From an uncultured delta proteobacterium (lineage in GTDB: Bacteria; Myxococcota; Myxococcia; Myxococcales; Myxococcaceae), in the NCBI GenBank assembly GCA_963796055.1, contig CAWCKH010000004.1:1024001-1088000 (forward strand): a DNA stretch of 64,000 nt, read 5' to 3'. Made by a program: the position numbers and the translations under genes. Below the pieces are notes generated by a model that ran no database searches, was not told the origin of the DNA, and saw nothing but the letters and a program-made list of their open reading frames with translations. This document shows, in pieces, positions 39,949 to 49,977 of this stretch (position 1 is the first letter of the stretch; every line of letters begins with the position of its first letter).

Positions 39949-41757
39949 ATGGACGCCTCGCTCGCGGGCGACGACGGAACGAAGGTTCGATTCGCCTGGA
40001 TGCCCCGCCCGGGCACGCTTGGCTTCCACTTGATGCTCTCCGCGGTGGCGCTGCTCATCCTCGGCCCGCTCGGAGGCGTGGCCGGGGCCTACATGGCCTT
40101 CACCCTCGGCGTCTTCGTCCCCGGGCAGATCCTCGCTGGCATCCTCGGAAGCGTCATCACCTACCCATACGGCGCCGAGGGCCGTCACGGCGCCAACTAC
40201 ATGCAGACCATGGCCGCCTCCGTCGCCGCGCTCGGTGCGCTGGCGGTCCTCATCCAGGCGGCAGTGTGGCTGGGGATGAAGATGCCCCCGGCCTGGCAGC
40301 TGGTCCTATTCCTCACCTGCGTGGGGATGTTCGGTGTCGGGGTGGGGATGCTCTACACCCCCATCCTCGTCGACCGGATGAAGCTCGAGTACCCGTCGGG
40401 GCACGCGGTTGCCAACATCATCCGCGCGCTCACCGACCGCACCTTGCTCCAACGCTCGGTGAAGAGTCTCGCCTCCGGCGCCGGACTCGGAGCGCTCGGT
40501 GGCTGGCTGATCGATCGCGTCTCGTGGATCGGCGCGAGCGGGCTGTCGATGTCGAACGTGGGTGCGGGGCTCATCGTCGGCTCGCGGATCGCGGTGCCCG
40601 CGTCGGTGCTGGGTCTCGTCGGGTGGCTGGTCACCCCCTGGCTTCGGGCGAACGGCTGGCTCGGAGCGAACGAGCCGTTCCGCCGCCTCGGCTTCCTGGT
40701 CGGCCTGGCTTCGATCATGGGCGCGGCGGTGGTCGACCTCACCCTCATCGGACGCCAGGCCATCGCCCGGGCCCGGGAGCAAGGTGCCGCGCGTCCAGAC
40801 AAAGACTCAGGGATGCGCGGCTTTCCAACCCGCATGCTCGTTCTGTGGGTCCTGTTCTGGGCGGGTGCAGTCGTCCTCGTCGCCACCGGACTCATGCACC
40901 AGCCGGCGCGCTACATCGTCTTCGCCCTCGCGCTGAGCGTCGTCTTCGTGCTGATCAACGGCATCTCGCAGGGGGTCAGCGATCAGAATCCCATCTCCAG
41001 CGCGTTCGTGGTGTCGGTGCTGCTGATGTCGGCGATGGGGCTCCGGAACCCGGTGGTGGCCATCACCGCAGCCACGGTGCTGCTCGTCTGCAGCTCGGTC
41101 GGCGTCGACATGCAGCAGGACCGCTCTACCGGGTGGCGACTGGGGACCGATCGCCGCATGCAGTTCTACTACCAGGTGCTCGGCATCGGCATGGGCGCGG
41201 TGCTCTGCGTGGTGCTGGCTCGCGTCTTCATGAGCGCCTATCCGGTGCTGGCGGTGAACAGCTTCGACCACCCCGAGGCAAAGGTGGGCCAGTGGCAGTC
41301 GGCGATGACCTACAAGCTGGTGGGCGCTATCCGCGGGCTCGGACAGCTCCCCCGATACCAGCTGGTGGCGCTCGAGCTCGGGTTCGTGCTCGGCCTGGTC
41401 ATCGAGGTGCTGCGGAAGGTCCTGAGGGCCAGCGCCCGCTACCGGGCCTTCATCGAGCGTCCCGGGCCCGGCCCCGCCATCGGCTGGGTCGCGGAGTCGG
41501 TTCTTCTCCCCAGCCCCTACGCGTACGCCTTCGGCACCTTCGTCGAGCTGCCGACGGCACTGTGGTTTGGAGCGGGCGGCATCGTTTCCTCGGTGTGGAA
41601 CACGCTGGGCCGGCGAACGGGCCCGGCCGACCGCGCCGCGACCGACGAGCTCCCGGCCGACATGTCGACCACCTCGCTGGTCGGAGGTGGGCTCATCGCC
41701 GGCGAGGCGCTCCTCTACCTGGCGATGGCGCTCATCGGCCTCGGCGCGCTTGTATAG
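39949..41757 (+). CDS. OPT/YSL family oligopeptide transporter
   Basis: ANYMQTMAAS, LEYPSG, DMQQDRSTGWRLG and GGGLIAGEAL motifs; many TM helices. Confidence 0.88.
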   Translation: MDASLAGDDGTKVRFAWMPRPGTLGFHLMLSAVALLILGPLGGVAGAYMAFTLGVFVPGQILAGILGSVITYPYGAEGRHGANYMQTMAASVAALGALAVLIQAAVWLGMKMPPAWQLVLFLTCVGMFGVGVGMLYTPILVDRMKLEYPSGHAVANIIRALTDRTLLQRSVKSLASGAGLGALGGWLIDRVSWIGASGLSMSNVGAGLIVGSRIAVPASVLGLVGWLVTPWLRANGWLGANEPFRRLGFLVGLASIMGAAVVDLTLIGRQAIARAREQGAARPDKDSGMRGFPTRMLVLWVLFWAGAVVLVATGLMHQPARYIVFALALSVVFVLINGISQGVSDQNPISSAFVVSVLLMSAMGLRNPVVAITAATVLLVCSSVGVDMQQDRSTGWRLGTDRRMQFYYQVLGIGMGAVLCVVLARVFMSAYPVLAVNSFDHPEAKVGQWQSAMTYKLVGAIRGLGQLPRYQLVALELGFVLGLVIEVLRKVLRASARYRAFIERPGPGPAIGWVAESVLLPSPYAYAFGTFVELPTALWFGAGGIVSSVWNTLGRRTGPADRAATDELPADMSTTSLVGGGLIAGEALLYLAMALIGLGALV

Positions 41758-41762
41758 GTCAG

Positions 41763-41939
41763 GGCGGCCGCAGTCGAGGTCCAGGTCAGGGGTCCTCGGG
41801 CACTTATCGTCGGCGAGCTCAGGGCGGCCGCAGTCAGACCGTCAGGCGGCCGCAGTCGAGGTCCAGGTCAGGGGTCCTCGGGCACTTATCGTCGGCGAGC
41901 TCAGGGCGGCCGCAGTCAGACCGTCAGGCGGCCGCAGTC
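41763..41939. repeat. 82-bp direct tandem repeat (~2.2 copies) containing five GGCGGCCGCAGTC sub-motifs
   Basis: Units start at 41763, 41845 and 41927; lies between convergent genes. Confidence 0.9.
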
Positions 41940-41969
41940 AGTGATGCCCTACAGGCTCCTGGAGCTCGC

Positions 41970-42338
41970 TCAGCGCGGGAGGAGCTTCGAGCGTGCCCAT
42001 CCGGCGAAGGCAGCCGCCGGCGCCATCAGGAGCGCCGCCGCGAGGTCCAGCCACCGCGGGTTGGATGCTGGCTCGAGCCAGGGGTGGGCCAGCGCCGCCA
42101 CGGCGATGAGCCCCGCCACGACCAGAGCGTGTGTCAGGGGCTTGCGGCCCGCCATGCTGGCCGCGGTCAGCCCTCCCAGCGCGGCGAAGACCACGCCGTA
42201 GGCGATCGCCCCGGCGAGGAATGCTGCCGTCGGCGTCGTCCCCGGGTGCTCGGCGGAGGCAGCGCGGGGCAGCAACGAGCCGATGACGAAGACCCCGAAG
42301 CCCACCGCAACGGCCACGATGCTGCGGATCCAGTCCAT
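41970..42338 (-). CDS. Small integral membrane protein
   Basis: MDWIRSIVAVAVG...; four TM segments. Confidence 0.7.
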   Translation of the reverse strand: MDWIRSIVAVAVGFGVFVIGSLLPRAASAEHPGTTPTAAFLAGAIAYGVVFAALGGLTAASMAGRKPLTHALVVAGLIAVAALAHPWLEPASNPRWLDLAAALLMAPAAAFAGWARSKLLPR

Positions 42339-42409
42339 GCGCGGGCCCTTGTAGCTCGAAGCGACGGCCGGGACCGGAATAGAATCGCGGCGCGAGAGGG
42401 AGAGTCCCG

Positions 42410-43909
42410 GTGAGACGAGGAGTCGCGACAGCGGTCGTTCTTCTCGGCGTCCTGTCGGGCAGTGTGGCGCGCTCCGACCCGGGATGGCGCGAGATCCGGG
42501 GACCGCACGTGGTGCTCCGGACCGACCTCGGCCCGGGTGCAGCAAGGGAGGCCGCGCTGGCCGTCGAGCGGTTCCGCGCGCAGATCATCGCCGCCGCCTG
42601 GCCGCGAGCGACGTTGCCGGGATCGGATCGCGTCGAGGTCACGGTCTTCGGGAACGGGCTGGACTTCGAGCGGCACTTCGGCCGCAACGTCGCCGGCGTC
42701 TTCTTCCACGACGTTCCCCCGTTTGCGGTCATGTACGGGCACCCGGAAAAGTGGGAGCACCGCGCCACCCTCGCGACCCCGGAGACGACGTCCGTCCTCC
42801 GCCACGAGCTGGTCCATCACCTCGCGGCCAGCATCTACCGGCGCCAGCCCCGCTGGTTCGCCGAGGGACTGGCCCAGTTCCTGGAGACGGTCCGGACGGG
42901 GGAGGATGGCAAGACGGTCGTCGTCGGCGCGGTCAATCTGGATGCGGTGCAGAAGTACCGGGCCTTCCGCAGCCTCCGCGTCGCGGAGGCCCTCGCCTGG
43001 TCGGGCACCCTCGACGGAATGCCCGAGGCCACGGTGCACGGGCTCTATGGCCTGAGCTGGCTGATGGTGCACTGGCTCTACAACGAGCGCCCCGCGCAGT
43101 TCGATCAGTTTCAGGGCCTGCTGGCCCGCGGGATCGACCCGGACAAGGCCTGGAAGATCATCCTCCCGGGCCTGAACACGCCAGATCTCGACGAGGCGCT
43201 GAACCGGTATTTCCAGCACGGGAACTACAAGGAGTACCTCGCCCCGTTCGCCGAGCCCGCGCCCCGCCTCGAGGAGATCCCCCTGACCGAGGCCGACGTG
43301 CACGCCGAGCGGGCCCGGGTCGCGATCGCCGCCGCGCGCTCCAGTACCGAACGGTCGCCTCACCAGCAGGAGGCGCAGCAGGAGCTGGCGACCGCCCTCA
43401 AGCTCGATCCGGAAGATGCGAACGCGCTGGTGTTGCAGTTCCGGCTGGCGGCCCCGAAGGACCGGGCGGCGATCGCCCGCCGGCTCACCGAGGCGCACCC
43501 CGAGGACGGACGCGGGTGGCTCCTGCTGGGCCGGGCCCTGAAGGACTCCGGCCCTGTCGCGGAACGCGAAGCGACCCTCCGCAAGGCGGTGGCGCTCCGT
43601 CCGGACGATCCCACTGCCCTGAACAATCTCGCCTGGCTCTACCTGGAGCAGGGGAAACCCACCGAGGCCGGTCCGCTGATCACCCGGGCAATCCAGCTCG
43701 CGCCGTACGATCCCAGCACCCTGGACACGCTCGCGGCAGTGCAGGCGATGCTCGGCCGGTGCTCGGAGGCCGTGGCGACGCAGGCCCGGGCGATCGACGC
43801 GCTTCCGGAGGGCGTGCCTGCAGCCGGACGGCGCGACTTCCAGGACCGTCTCGAACGCTACCGGACGCGCTGCACCTCCCCGGCAGCACCGGCCGCGAGC
43901 GGGGGTTGA
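42410..43909 (+). CDS. Exported HExxH metallopeptidase-like (DUF1570-like) protein with C-terminal TPRs
   Basis: Signal peptide; RHELVHH...PRWFAEGLAQFLE; ALNNLAWL and LDTLA TPR motifs. Confidence 0.8.
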   Translation: MRRGVATAVVLLGVLSGSVARSDPGWREIRGPHVVLRTDLGPGAAREAALAVERFRAQIIAAAWPRATLPGSDRVEVTVFGNGLDFERHFGRNVAGVFFHDVPPFAVMYGHPEKWEHRATLATPETTSVLRHELVHHLAASIYRRQPRWFAEGLAQFLETVRTGEDGKTVVVGAVNLDAVQKYRAFRSLRVAEALAWSGTLDGMPEATVHGLYGLSWLMVHWLYNERPAQFDQFQGLLARGIDPDKAWKIILPGLNTPDLDEALNRYFQHGNYKEYLAPFAEPAPRLEEIPLTEADVHAERARVAIAAARSSTERSPHQQEAQQELATALKLDPEDANALVLQFRLAAPKDRAAIARRLTEAHPEDGRGWLLLGRALKDSGPVAEREATLRKAVALRPDDPTALNNLAWLYLEQGKPTEAGPLITRAIQLAPYDPSTLDTLAAVQAMLGRCSEAVATQARAIDALPEGVPAAGRRDFQDRLERYRTRCTSPAAPAASGG

Positions 43910-43986
43910 CCTCCCTCACGGTAGGTGCGCCCCCCGGACGCCGCCCTCTACGGTCCCGGCCCCGGCTGCGGTATGAGTGCCTCCGG

Positions 43987-46302
43987 ATGGCCGGCACCCA
44001 GATCTTCGTCCGGAACCGGGAGGGGAAGGTGTTCGGGCCCATCGAGCCGTCCACCGTCGAGCTCCTGATCGACGGCGGCGTGCTCCAGGGCCTCCTGCAG
44101 GTCTCGATCGACGGAGAGAAGTACGCGCTGCCCTACCGCTTTCCCGAGCTCCGCGACTTCTTCCCCCGCCACCTCTGGGGAGACGACAACCGGCACGAGG
44201 TGCAGCTCGACTCCGCCCCGCCCGAGGGCCCGCCCGCCGCCACGCTGTTCGGCAGCGAGGCGCACTCCGAGGCCCCGGGGATCGCGCCCACGCTGACTGC
44301 CGCCGCCCCCGTCGCCCGTCCACCGGTGTCGGCGATCCGTCCGCCCGTCCCCGCTCCCCCGAACGCCGGGGCGCCCGCACCGCCCGTCCTCACCGCGGCG
44401 CCGGTCCAGCCACCCACGCCGACGCCACCGCCCGCGCCGGGACGGAGCCCCACCGGCACGTTCCCCGCTCCGCCGGTCATCACCGCCCCGCCGACCCAGC
44501 CACAGACGCTGACCCCGCCGCCCCGGGCGGCGATCCCGCTGCAGCCGGAGGATGCCTGGGCCGAGGCCGTGCCCTTCGAGCTCGCCCCGCCCGAAGCCCC
44601 CAAGCCGCCGGCCCGTGCGGCCGCGCCGCTCACCTCGACCTTCACCCTCCTCCGCGCGGACCTCGCCGAGACCAACGCCCTCAAGATCTACATCCAGGGC
44701 GCCCGCGCCGGCGCGACCGGCTTGTTCTTCTTCGACCTCGAGGACCGCACCACGACCTTGTACATGCGGCGCGGCAACCCCGAGTCCGCCGAGTCCACCC
44801 ACGCCTCCGACGCGATCGGCCCCTTCCTCGCCGCGCAGCGGCTGGCCACGCAGGAGCAGGTGGCCCGCGCCGAGCGGGAGGCGATCAAGTACGGCAACGA
44901 CGTGCTCGCGGCCCTCTTCACCCTCGGCGCGGTGAACCCGGGGCTGGTCTTCCCCGCGCTCGCCCAGCGAGCCGCGGACATCCTGCTCCGGGCGTACCTC
45001 GCGCCCCGGGGCAGCTTCCGCTTCGAGGCGCTCGAGCTGCCGGGGAGCAAGGTGGTCCCCCTCGGGAACCGCTGGGGTCTGCTGGCCGAGGTCATCCGGC
45101 GCGTGCCCTTGCCCGAGCTGAAGGTCCGGCTGATGGACGTCCGCGAGCGACCGGTGGTCCGCCGAAGCGCCGGCGACGCCCTGCCCGACCTCCGCCTCAC
45201 CGCCCAGGAGACGCGGGCGGTGAGCTACTTCGACGGGACCCGCTCGCTCGCCCACCTCGCCCAGAGCAACGCCGGGGAGATGGACACCATCTTGCGGGTG
45301 GCGCTGCTGCTCCGCGAGCTGGACGCGCTCTCGTTCCCCGAGGTCGCCCTTCGTGCGCCGCCCCCCGGGCCGCCCCCACCCCCGGGGGCTGTTCCGGCCC
45401 GGCCCACCCCGCCACCGAGGCCGCCGGTCGCGCCCGCGCAGTCCCAGGCGCACCCACCAGCCCCCCCGAAACCGGCCCCGAAGCCCACCGCTCCGGCCAC
45501 TGCCGCCAGCCCTCGCTCACCGATCCCTGCCATCACCCCCACCGGGCTGGCCTCCCTCCCCCAGGCAGACCCTCCCCGCATCGCACCGATGAGCCCGCCG
45601 CCGCGGCGCGCCTCCCCGGGCTTCGCCGCCGAGCTGCGCGCGCTGCAGGCGAAGCTGGAGAAGATCCGGAAGGAGAACTACTTCCAGGTGCTGGGCGTCC
45701 CCGAGAACGCCGATACGGCGATGGTCAAGGCGGCCTACTTCAAGCTCGCCAAGCTCTTCCACCCGGACACCGTCCCGCCCGAGGCGCCGCCCGAGCTGGG
45801 CAAGGCGAAGGCGGAGATCTTCGCCGCCGTCGGGGAGGCGAACCGGGTGCTGGCCGACGACGCCTCCCGTACCCGGTACAAGGAGACGCTCGCCGAGGGG
45901 GGGCCGGCCGACGTCGACGTTCAGGCGGTGCTCCTGGCCGAGGACACCTTCAACAAGGGAACGGCGCTGGTCCGGGCCCGCCGCTTCCCCGAGGCGGTGA
46001 AGACCTTCGACGACGCCATCGCCGCCAACCCCCGCGAGGGCGAGTTCTATGCCTGGCGGGGATACGCGCGCTTCTTCACCATCCAGGACAAGAAGGTGGC
46101 GATGGTCGAGGCGCTGCGCGACCTGAACCAGTCGCTCAAGCTCAACGAGCGCTGCGCCCCGGCGCACTACTTCATGGGCCAGCTGTACAAGCTCACCGGC
46201 GACCCGCCGACCGCGCTCAAGCACTTCAAGCGCTGCGTGACCCTGGATCCCCAGCACGTGAATGCGCAGCGTGAGATCCGGATCGCCACCGAGAAGAAAT
46301 GA
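43987..46302 (+). CDS. J-domain protein (GYF-like N-terminus, DUF4388-like middle, J domain, TPR)
   Basis: GKVFGP N-terminus; NYFQVLGV...AYFKLAKLFHPD; C-terminal TPRs. Confidence 0.85.
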   Translation: MAGTQIFVRNREGKVFGPIEPSTVELLIDGGVLQGLLQVSIDGEKYALPYRFPELRDFFPRHLWGDDNRHEVQLDSAPPEGPPAATLFGSEAHSEAPGIAPTLTAAAPVARPPVSAIRPPVPAPPNAGAPAPPVLTAAPVQPPTPTPPPAPGRSPTGTFPAPPVITAPPTQPQTLTPPPRAAIPLQPEDAWAEAVPFELAPPEAPKPPARAAAPLTSTFTLLRADLAETNALKIYIQGARAGATGLFFFDLEDRTTTLYMRRGNPESAESTHASDAIGPFLAAQRLATQEQVARAEREAIKYGNDVLAALFTLGAVNPGLVFPALAQRAADILLRAYLAPRGSFRFEALELPGSKVVPLGNRWGLLAEVIRRVPLPELKVRLMDVRERPVVRRSAGDALPDLRLTAQETRAVSYFDGTRSLAHLAQSNAGEMDTILRVALLLRELDALSFPEVALRAPPPGPPPPPGAVPARPTPPPRPPVAPAQSQAHPPAPPKPAPKPTAPATAASPRSPIPAITPTGLASLPQADPPRIAPMSPPPRRASPGFAAELRALQAKLEKIRKENYFQVLGVPENADTAMVKAAYFKLAKLFHPDTVPPEAPPELGKAKAEIFAAVGEANRVLADDASRTRYKETLAEGGPADVDVQAVLLAEDTFNKGTALVRARRFPEAVKTFDDAIAANPREGEFYAWRGYARFFTIQDKKVAMVEALRDLNQSLKLNERCAPAHYFMGQLYKLTGDPPTALKHFKRCVTLDPQHVNAQREIRIATEKK

Positions 46303-46303
46303 G

Positions 46304-46594
46304 ATGGGCCTCGACGGGAAGCAGCGCCGGAGGCTCCGGGCCCTCGGCCATCATCTCGCGGTGGTGGTGCAGGTGGGCCACGAGGGGGTCACCCCCGGCG
46401 TGCTGGCGGCGCTGGAGCAGGCGCTCTTCGACCACGAGCTGGTGAAGGTGAAGCTCTCCTCCGAGGACCGCGAGGCACGGAAGGAGCAGGGCCAGGCACT
46501 GGCCAGCGGGACCGGTGCCGAGGTGGCCCAGGTGCTCGGACGCACCGTCCTGTTGTACAAGGCGGACCCCGACCAGCCACGCATCGAGCTCTGA
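46304..46594 (+). CDS. yhbY: YhbY/CRM RNA-binding protein
   Basis: KQRRRLRALGHHL..VVQVG..G, HELVKVK and QVLGRTVLLY motifs. Confidence 0.92.
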   Translation: MGLDGKQRRRLRALGHHLAVVVQVGHEGVTPGVLAALEQALFDHELVKVKLSSEDREARKEQGQALASGTGAEVAQVLGRTVLLYKADPDQPRIEL

Positions 46595-46695
46595 GCAAGG
46601 AGCACGATGAGCAGAAGCCCGCCCGGCTCCGTCACTGGGGCATGCCCAGGGAGGGTCCGCAGCGACGGCACCACCACCTGCGTCAGCACGCCGAA

Positions 46696-47451
46696 CTACT
46701 CGCGCTGCACCGGCGAGTGACGCCCGAGCTCCCGGGCGAAGCGCTCGCGCATCGCCGCCGCCACATGGACCGCGTCCATCCCGAGCGGGAACTCCACCGG
46801 GTCCAGCACCCGGACGCGGATGTCCACCCGAGGCGCCATCCAGGGTCCGTCGCCCACCACCAGCGCCCGGGTGCCGGACAAGAGCACCGGGACCAGCGGC
46901 ACGTGCTCGTCCCGGGCAAGGAGGAACGCCCCGGGCTTGAAGTGGAGCAGCGCCTCGCCCGGCGCGTACGTTCCCTCGGGGAACATCAGCACCGCCATCC
47001 CCCGTCGCAGCCAGCCCCGGCACTCCTCGAGCATCGACCGCGTCGAGTGCGGCCGCCCGCGCTCCAGCCGCACGTAGCGCAGCATCGACATCGTCCAGCC
47101 GAGCAGCGGCAGCGAGAACAGCGAGGCCTTGGACACGAACTTGAAGGGCCGGTGGAGCCCCATGCACGCCGCCACGTCGGCGAGCGACTGGTGGTTCACC
47201 ACCAGCACCGACGCGCCCCGGGGAATCCGTTCCCGCCCCTGCACCCGCACCCGCCAGAGCGGGTTCGCCCTGAGGTATGCGTGGCAGGACCGGCAGACGA
47301 ATGCGTGCAGCACCCGCCGGTCCGGGTCGAAGGGAGCGGTCACCAGGAACACCAGCGTCGCCAGGACGAAGAGCAGGGGCATCGTCAGCGCGACCAGCAG
47401 CCAGAAGGCCACCGTGACCGCGACGCTCGCCGGCGACGGACGGACGCTCAC
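46696..47451 (-). CDS. Lysophospholipid acyltransferase (PlsC family)
   Basis: NHQSLAD, FPEGT and FKPGAF motifs. Confidence 0.9.
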   Translation of the reverse strand: MSVRPSPASVAVTVAFWLLVALTMPLLFVLATLVFLVTAPFDPDRRVLHAFVCRSCHAYLRANPLWRVRVQGRERIPRGASVLVVNHQSLADVAACMGLHRPFKFVSKASLFSLPLLGWTMSMLRYVRLERGRPHSTRSMLEECRGWLRRGMAVLMFPEGTYAPGEALLHFKPGAFLLARDEHVPLVPVLLSGTRALVVGDGPWMAPRVDIRVRVLDPVEFPLGMDAVHVAAAMRERFARELGRHSPVQRE

Positions 47452-48239
47452 GTCTTGGCCGCGATGCGCGCGCCCACCGCCATGCCGTAGGCCACCTCCA
47501 GCCCGCCGTCGACCACCAAGGTCGTCCCGTTCACGTACCCGGCAGCGTCACTGAGCAGCCAGGCGATGGGGCGGGCGATCTCCTCGGGGCTGGCGATGCG
47601 GCCTGCGGGCACCTGCGACTCGACCGCCTCGGCCAGCGCGTCCCAGGCCGGGCCCATGTAGAAGCGCGAGCTGTCGGTGTCGATGTACCCAGGGTTCACC
47701 GCGTTGACCCGGATCCGGTCCGCCGCCAGCTCCGCGGCGAGGTACTTCACCAGCACCTCCATCGCCCCCTTCATCGCCCCCAGGAAGCCGTGGAAGGGCA
47801 GCGGCATCCGGCTGTCCATCCCCGAGACCGCCACGATGCTGGCCCCCGCGCGCCCCCGCATCAGCGGGACCGCGAGCTGGGCCAGCAGCACCAAGCTCTT
47901 CACCGTCACCGCGAAGGTCTTGTCCATCTGGTGCGGCTTCATCGCCAGGAGCGGGATGAATGCCGTGCTCGCCGCGTTGGCCACCACGGCGTCCAGGCCA
48001 CCAAAGGTCTCCCTCGTCCGGGCGAGCACCGGCTCCAGAGCGTCCGGCTCGAGCTGGTCGGCGCGGAGCACGAGCGCCCGCCCACCGAGCGAGCCCACCT
48101 CGGCCTCGAGCGAGCGCGCCGCGTCCTCGTCGCGGCGGAAGGTCGCCACCACGTCCCAGCCCTCGCGCGCGAGGAGCAGGCAGACCGCGCGGCCCACCCC
48201 GCGGGAGCCTCCGGTCACCAGCGCCACCCGGTTCGCCAT
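47448..48239 (-). CDS. SDR oxidoreductase, FabL-like
   Basis: [21 protein letters not shown] and VDGG motifs. Confidence 0.88.
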   Translation of the reverse strand: MANRVALVTGGSRGVGRAVCLLLAREGWDVVATFRRDEDAARSLEAEVGSLGGRALVLRADQLEPDALEPVLARTRETFGGLDAVVANAASTAFIPLLAMKPHQMDKTFAVTVKSLVLLAQLAVPLMRGRAGASIVAVSGMDSRMPLPFHGFLGAMKGAMEVLVKYLAAELAADRIRVNAVNPGYIDTDSSRFYMGPAWDALAEAVESQVPAGRIASPEEIARPIAWLLSDAAGYVNGTTLVVDGGLEVAYGMAVGARIAAKT

Positions 48240-48310
48240 GGCCGCCTTCGTAGCAGACCCGACCGCGGTCCGGTGCAATCGGCCGCCCCACTTGAGCGTC
48301 TGCCAGATCG

Positions 48311-48718
48311 ATGGGACTGCTGCACGGACTCTGGCTACTGGTGGCAGGTGCGCTCGGCGCGGCGACGGTCGTCGCCCGGGACCGTCGCGGGGCGCGGGTA
48401 CTCCGGGAGCTGGAGCCCTACCAGGGCTGGATCGGCGTGGCGAGCGCGGTGGTCGGCGCCTGGCGGCTGCTCTGGGCACTGCTCGAGCTTCCGGTGCTCC
48501 GGTGGTTCAACCACTGGCTGCTCCGTGCGCTGGACGGGGCGCTGCTCCTCTCACTCGGCCTGGTGCTGGGGGTGGGCATCTTCCGGAGCTGGATGAGGAG
48601 CCCGAGGGCGCAGGCCACCCTGGATGGCTGGACGCGCAAGCTCCAGCCCTACCGCGAGAAGCTCGGAGTCACCGCGATGGTGCTCGGCGCCTTCCTGGTG
48701 CTCCGCGCCATCTTCTGA
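48311..48718 (+). CDS. Hypothetical membrane protein
   Basis: Four hydrophobic segments; internal duplication L.PYQGWIG / LQPYREKLG. Confidence 0.7.
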   Translation: MGLLHGLWLLVAGALGAATVVARDRRGARVLRELEPYQGWIGVASAVVGAWRLLWALLELPVLRWFNHWLLRALDGALLLSLGLVLGVGIFRSWMRSPRAQATLDGWTRKLQPYREKLGVTAMVLGAFLVLRAIF

Positions 48719-48789
48719 GGCTCACCCGGGAGTTTCCGCGGGGTCGGGATGAACCGCGCCCCGGGTCTGGTTAGCATCGGGGCCACTCC

Positions 48790-49953
48790 ATGTACGTGCT
48801 CCGCATCGCGCTGTTCCTGGCCATCGTGCTGCTGGTCTTGGTCGGGGGACACGTCTACCTGTACCGCCGGATGTTCCGGGACACGACCACCGACCGGCGC
48901 ATCCGCCGCGTGGGAGCCCTCGGCCTGGCCATCGCCGCCGCCTCGCTCTTCCTCGCCCGCGCGGTCTTCGCCCGCTTCCACACCCCGTGGGGGGACGCGC
49001 TGGCCTTCGCTGCCTGGTGCTGGATGGGCGTGGGCCTGTACCTCGGGATGTCCCTGGCCGCGTTCCATCTCTGGCGGCGGGTGGACGGATGGCGGCGGAG
49101 CCGGTCCGGGGCGCCGCCGGTGTCGGCCGAGCGGCGGCAGTTCCTCGCCCGTGCGGCAGTCGGCGGTGCCGGGCTGGTGGCGGCAGGCTTCGGCGCCTAC
49201 GGCGTGCGGCGCGCGTTCGGGCCGCCGGTCATCGACGAGGTCGCGGTGCGGCTGCCGCGGCTCCACCGCGCGTTCGACGGGCTGCGGATCGTCCAGGTGA
49301 GCGACGTGCACATCGGCGACGTGCTGGGGCGGCCCTTCCTCGAGGACATGGTGCAGCGCTGCAACGCGCTGAAGCCCGATCTGGTCACGGTGACCGGGGA
49401 CCTGGTGGACGGCCCCGTGGAGCGCCTGGGGCCCGCCATCTCGGCGCTGCAGCGCCTGCGCTCGCGGTGGGGTACGTACTTCATCACCGGCAACCACGAG
49501 TACTACTCGGGCGACGTGGAGTGGTGCGCGGCGCTCGAGCGGATGGGCCTCGCCGTCCTGCGGAACCGCATGGTCACGCTCCGCGACGGGGACGCCCGGC
49601 TCGACCTGGTGGGCGTGGACGACTACGGACAGAAGGACCGGCCGCGGGGCTGGGACCTGGAGGCGGCGGTGGCCGGACGCGATCCGGAGCACCCGGCGGT
49701 GCTGCTGGCCCACCAGCCGCGGGCAGTCGAGGACGGGCTGGAGAAGGGCATCGGGCTGCAGCTCTCGGGGCACACCCACGGCGGGCAGATGTTCCCCATC
49801 ACCGGGCTGGTCGCGGCGCTGTGGACCTACTCGGCGGGGCTCTACCGCGTCGGCGACGCGCACCTGTACGTGCACCGCGGCACCGGCTTCTGGGGTCCGC
49901 CGATGCGCATCGGCAGCCCTCCGGAGATCGCCGCGATCACCTTGATGGCCTGA
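48790..49953 (+). CDS. Membrane-bound metallophosphoesterase
   Basis: SDVH, TGDLVD, GNHE, LAHQP and SGHTHGGQ motifs. Confidence 0.92.
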   Translation: MYVLRIALFLAIVLLVLVGGHVYLYRRMFRDTTTDRRIRRVGALGLAIAAASLFLARAVFARFHTPWGDALAFAAWCWMGVGLYLGMSLAAFHLWRRVDGWRRSRSGAPPVSAERRQFLARAAVGGAGLVAAGFGAYGVRRAFGPPVIDEVAVRLPRLHRAFDGLRIVQVSDVHIGDVLGRPFLEDMVQRCNALKPDLVTVTGDLVDGPVERLGPAISALQRLRSRWGTYFITGNHEYYSGDVEWCAALERMGLAVLRNRMVTLRDGDARLDLVGVDDYGQKDRPRGWDLEAAVAGRDPEHPAVLLAHQPRAVEDGLEKGIGLQLSGHTHGGQMFPITGLVAALWTYSAGLYRVGDAHLYVHRGTGFWGPPMRIGSPPEIAAITLMA

Positions 49954-49977
49954 TTCCTCACGGCGACTCCTCGCGGC

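Noticed and set aside
41780..41800. SRP RNA (CAGGTCAGG resemblance)
   Set aside because: Lacks the CCGGAAGGAAGCAGC domain IV continuation and sits inside a tandem duplication.
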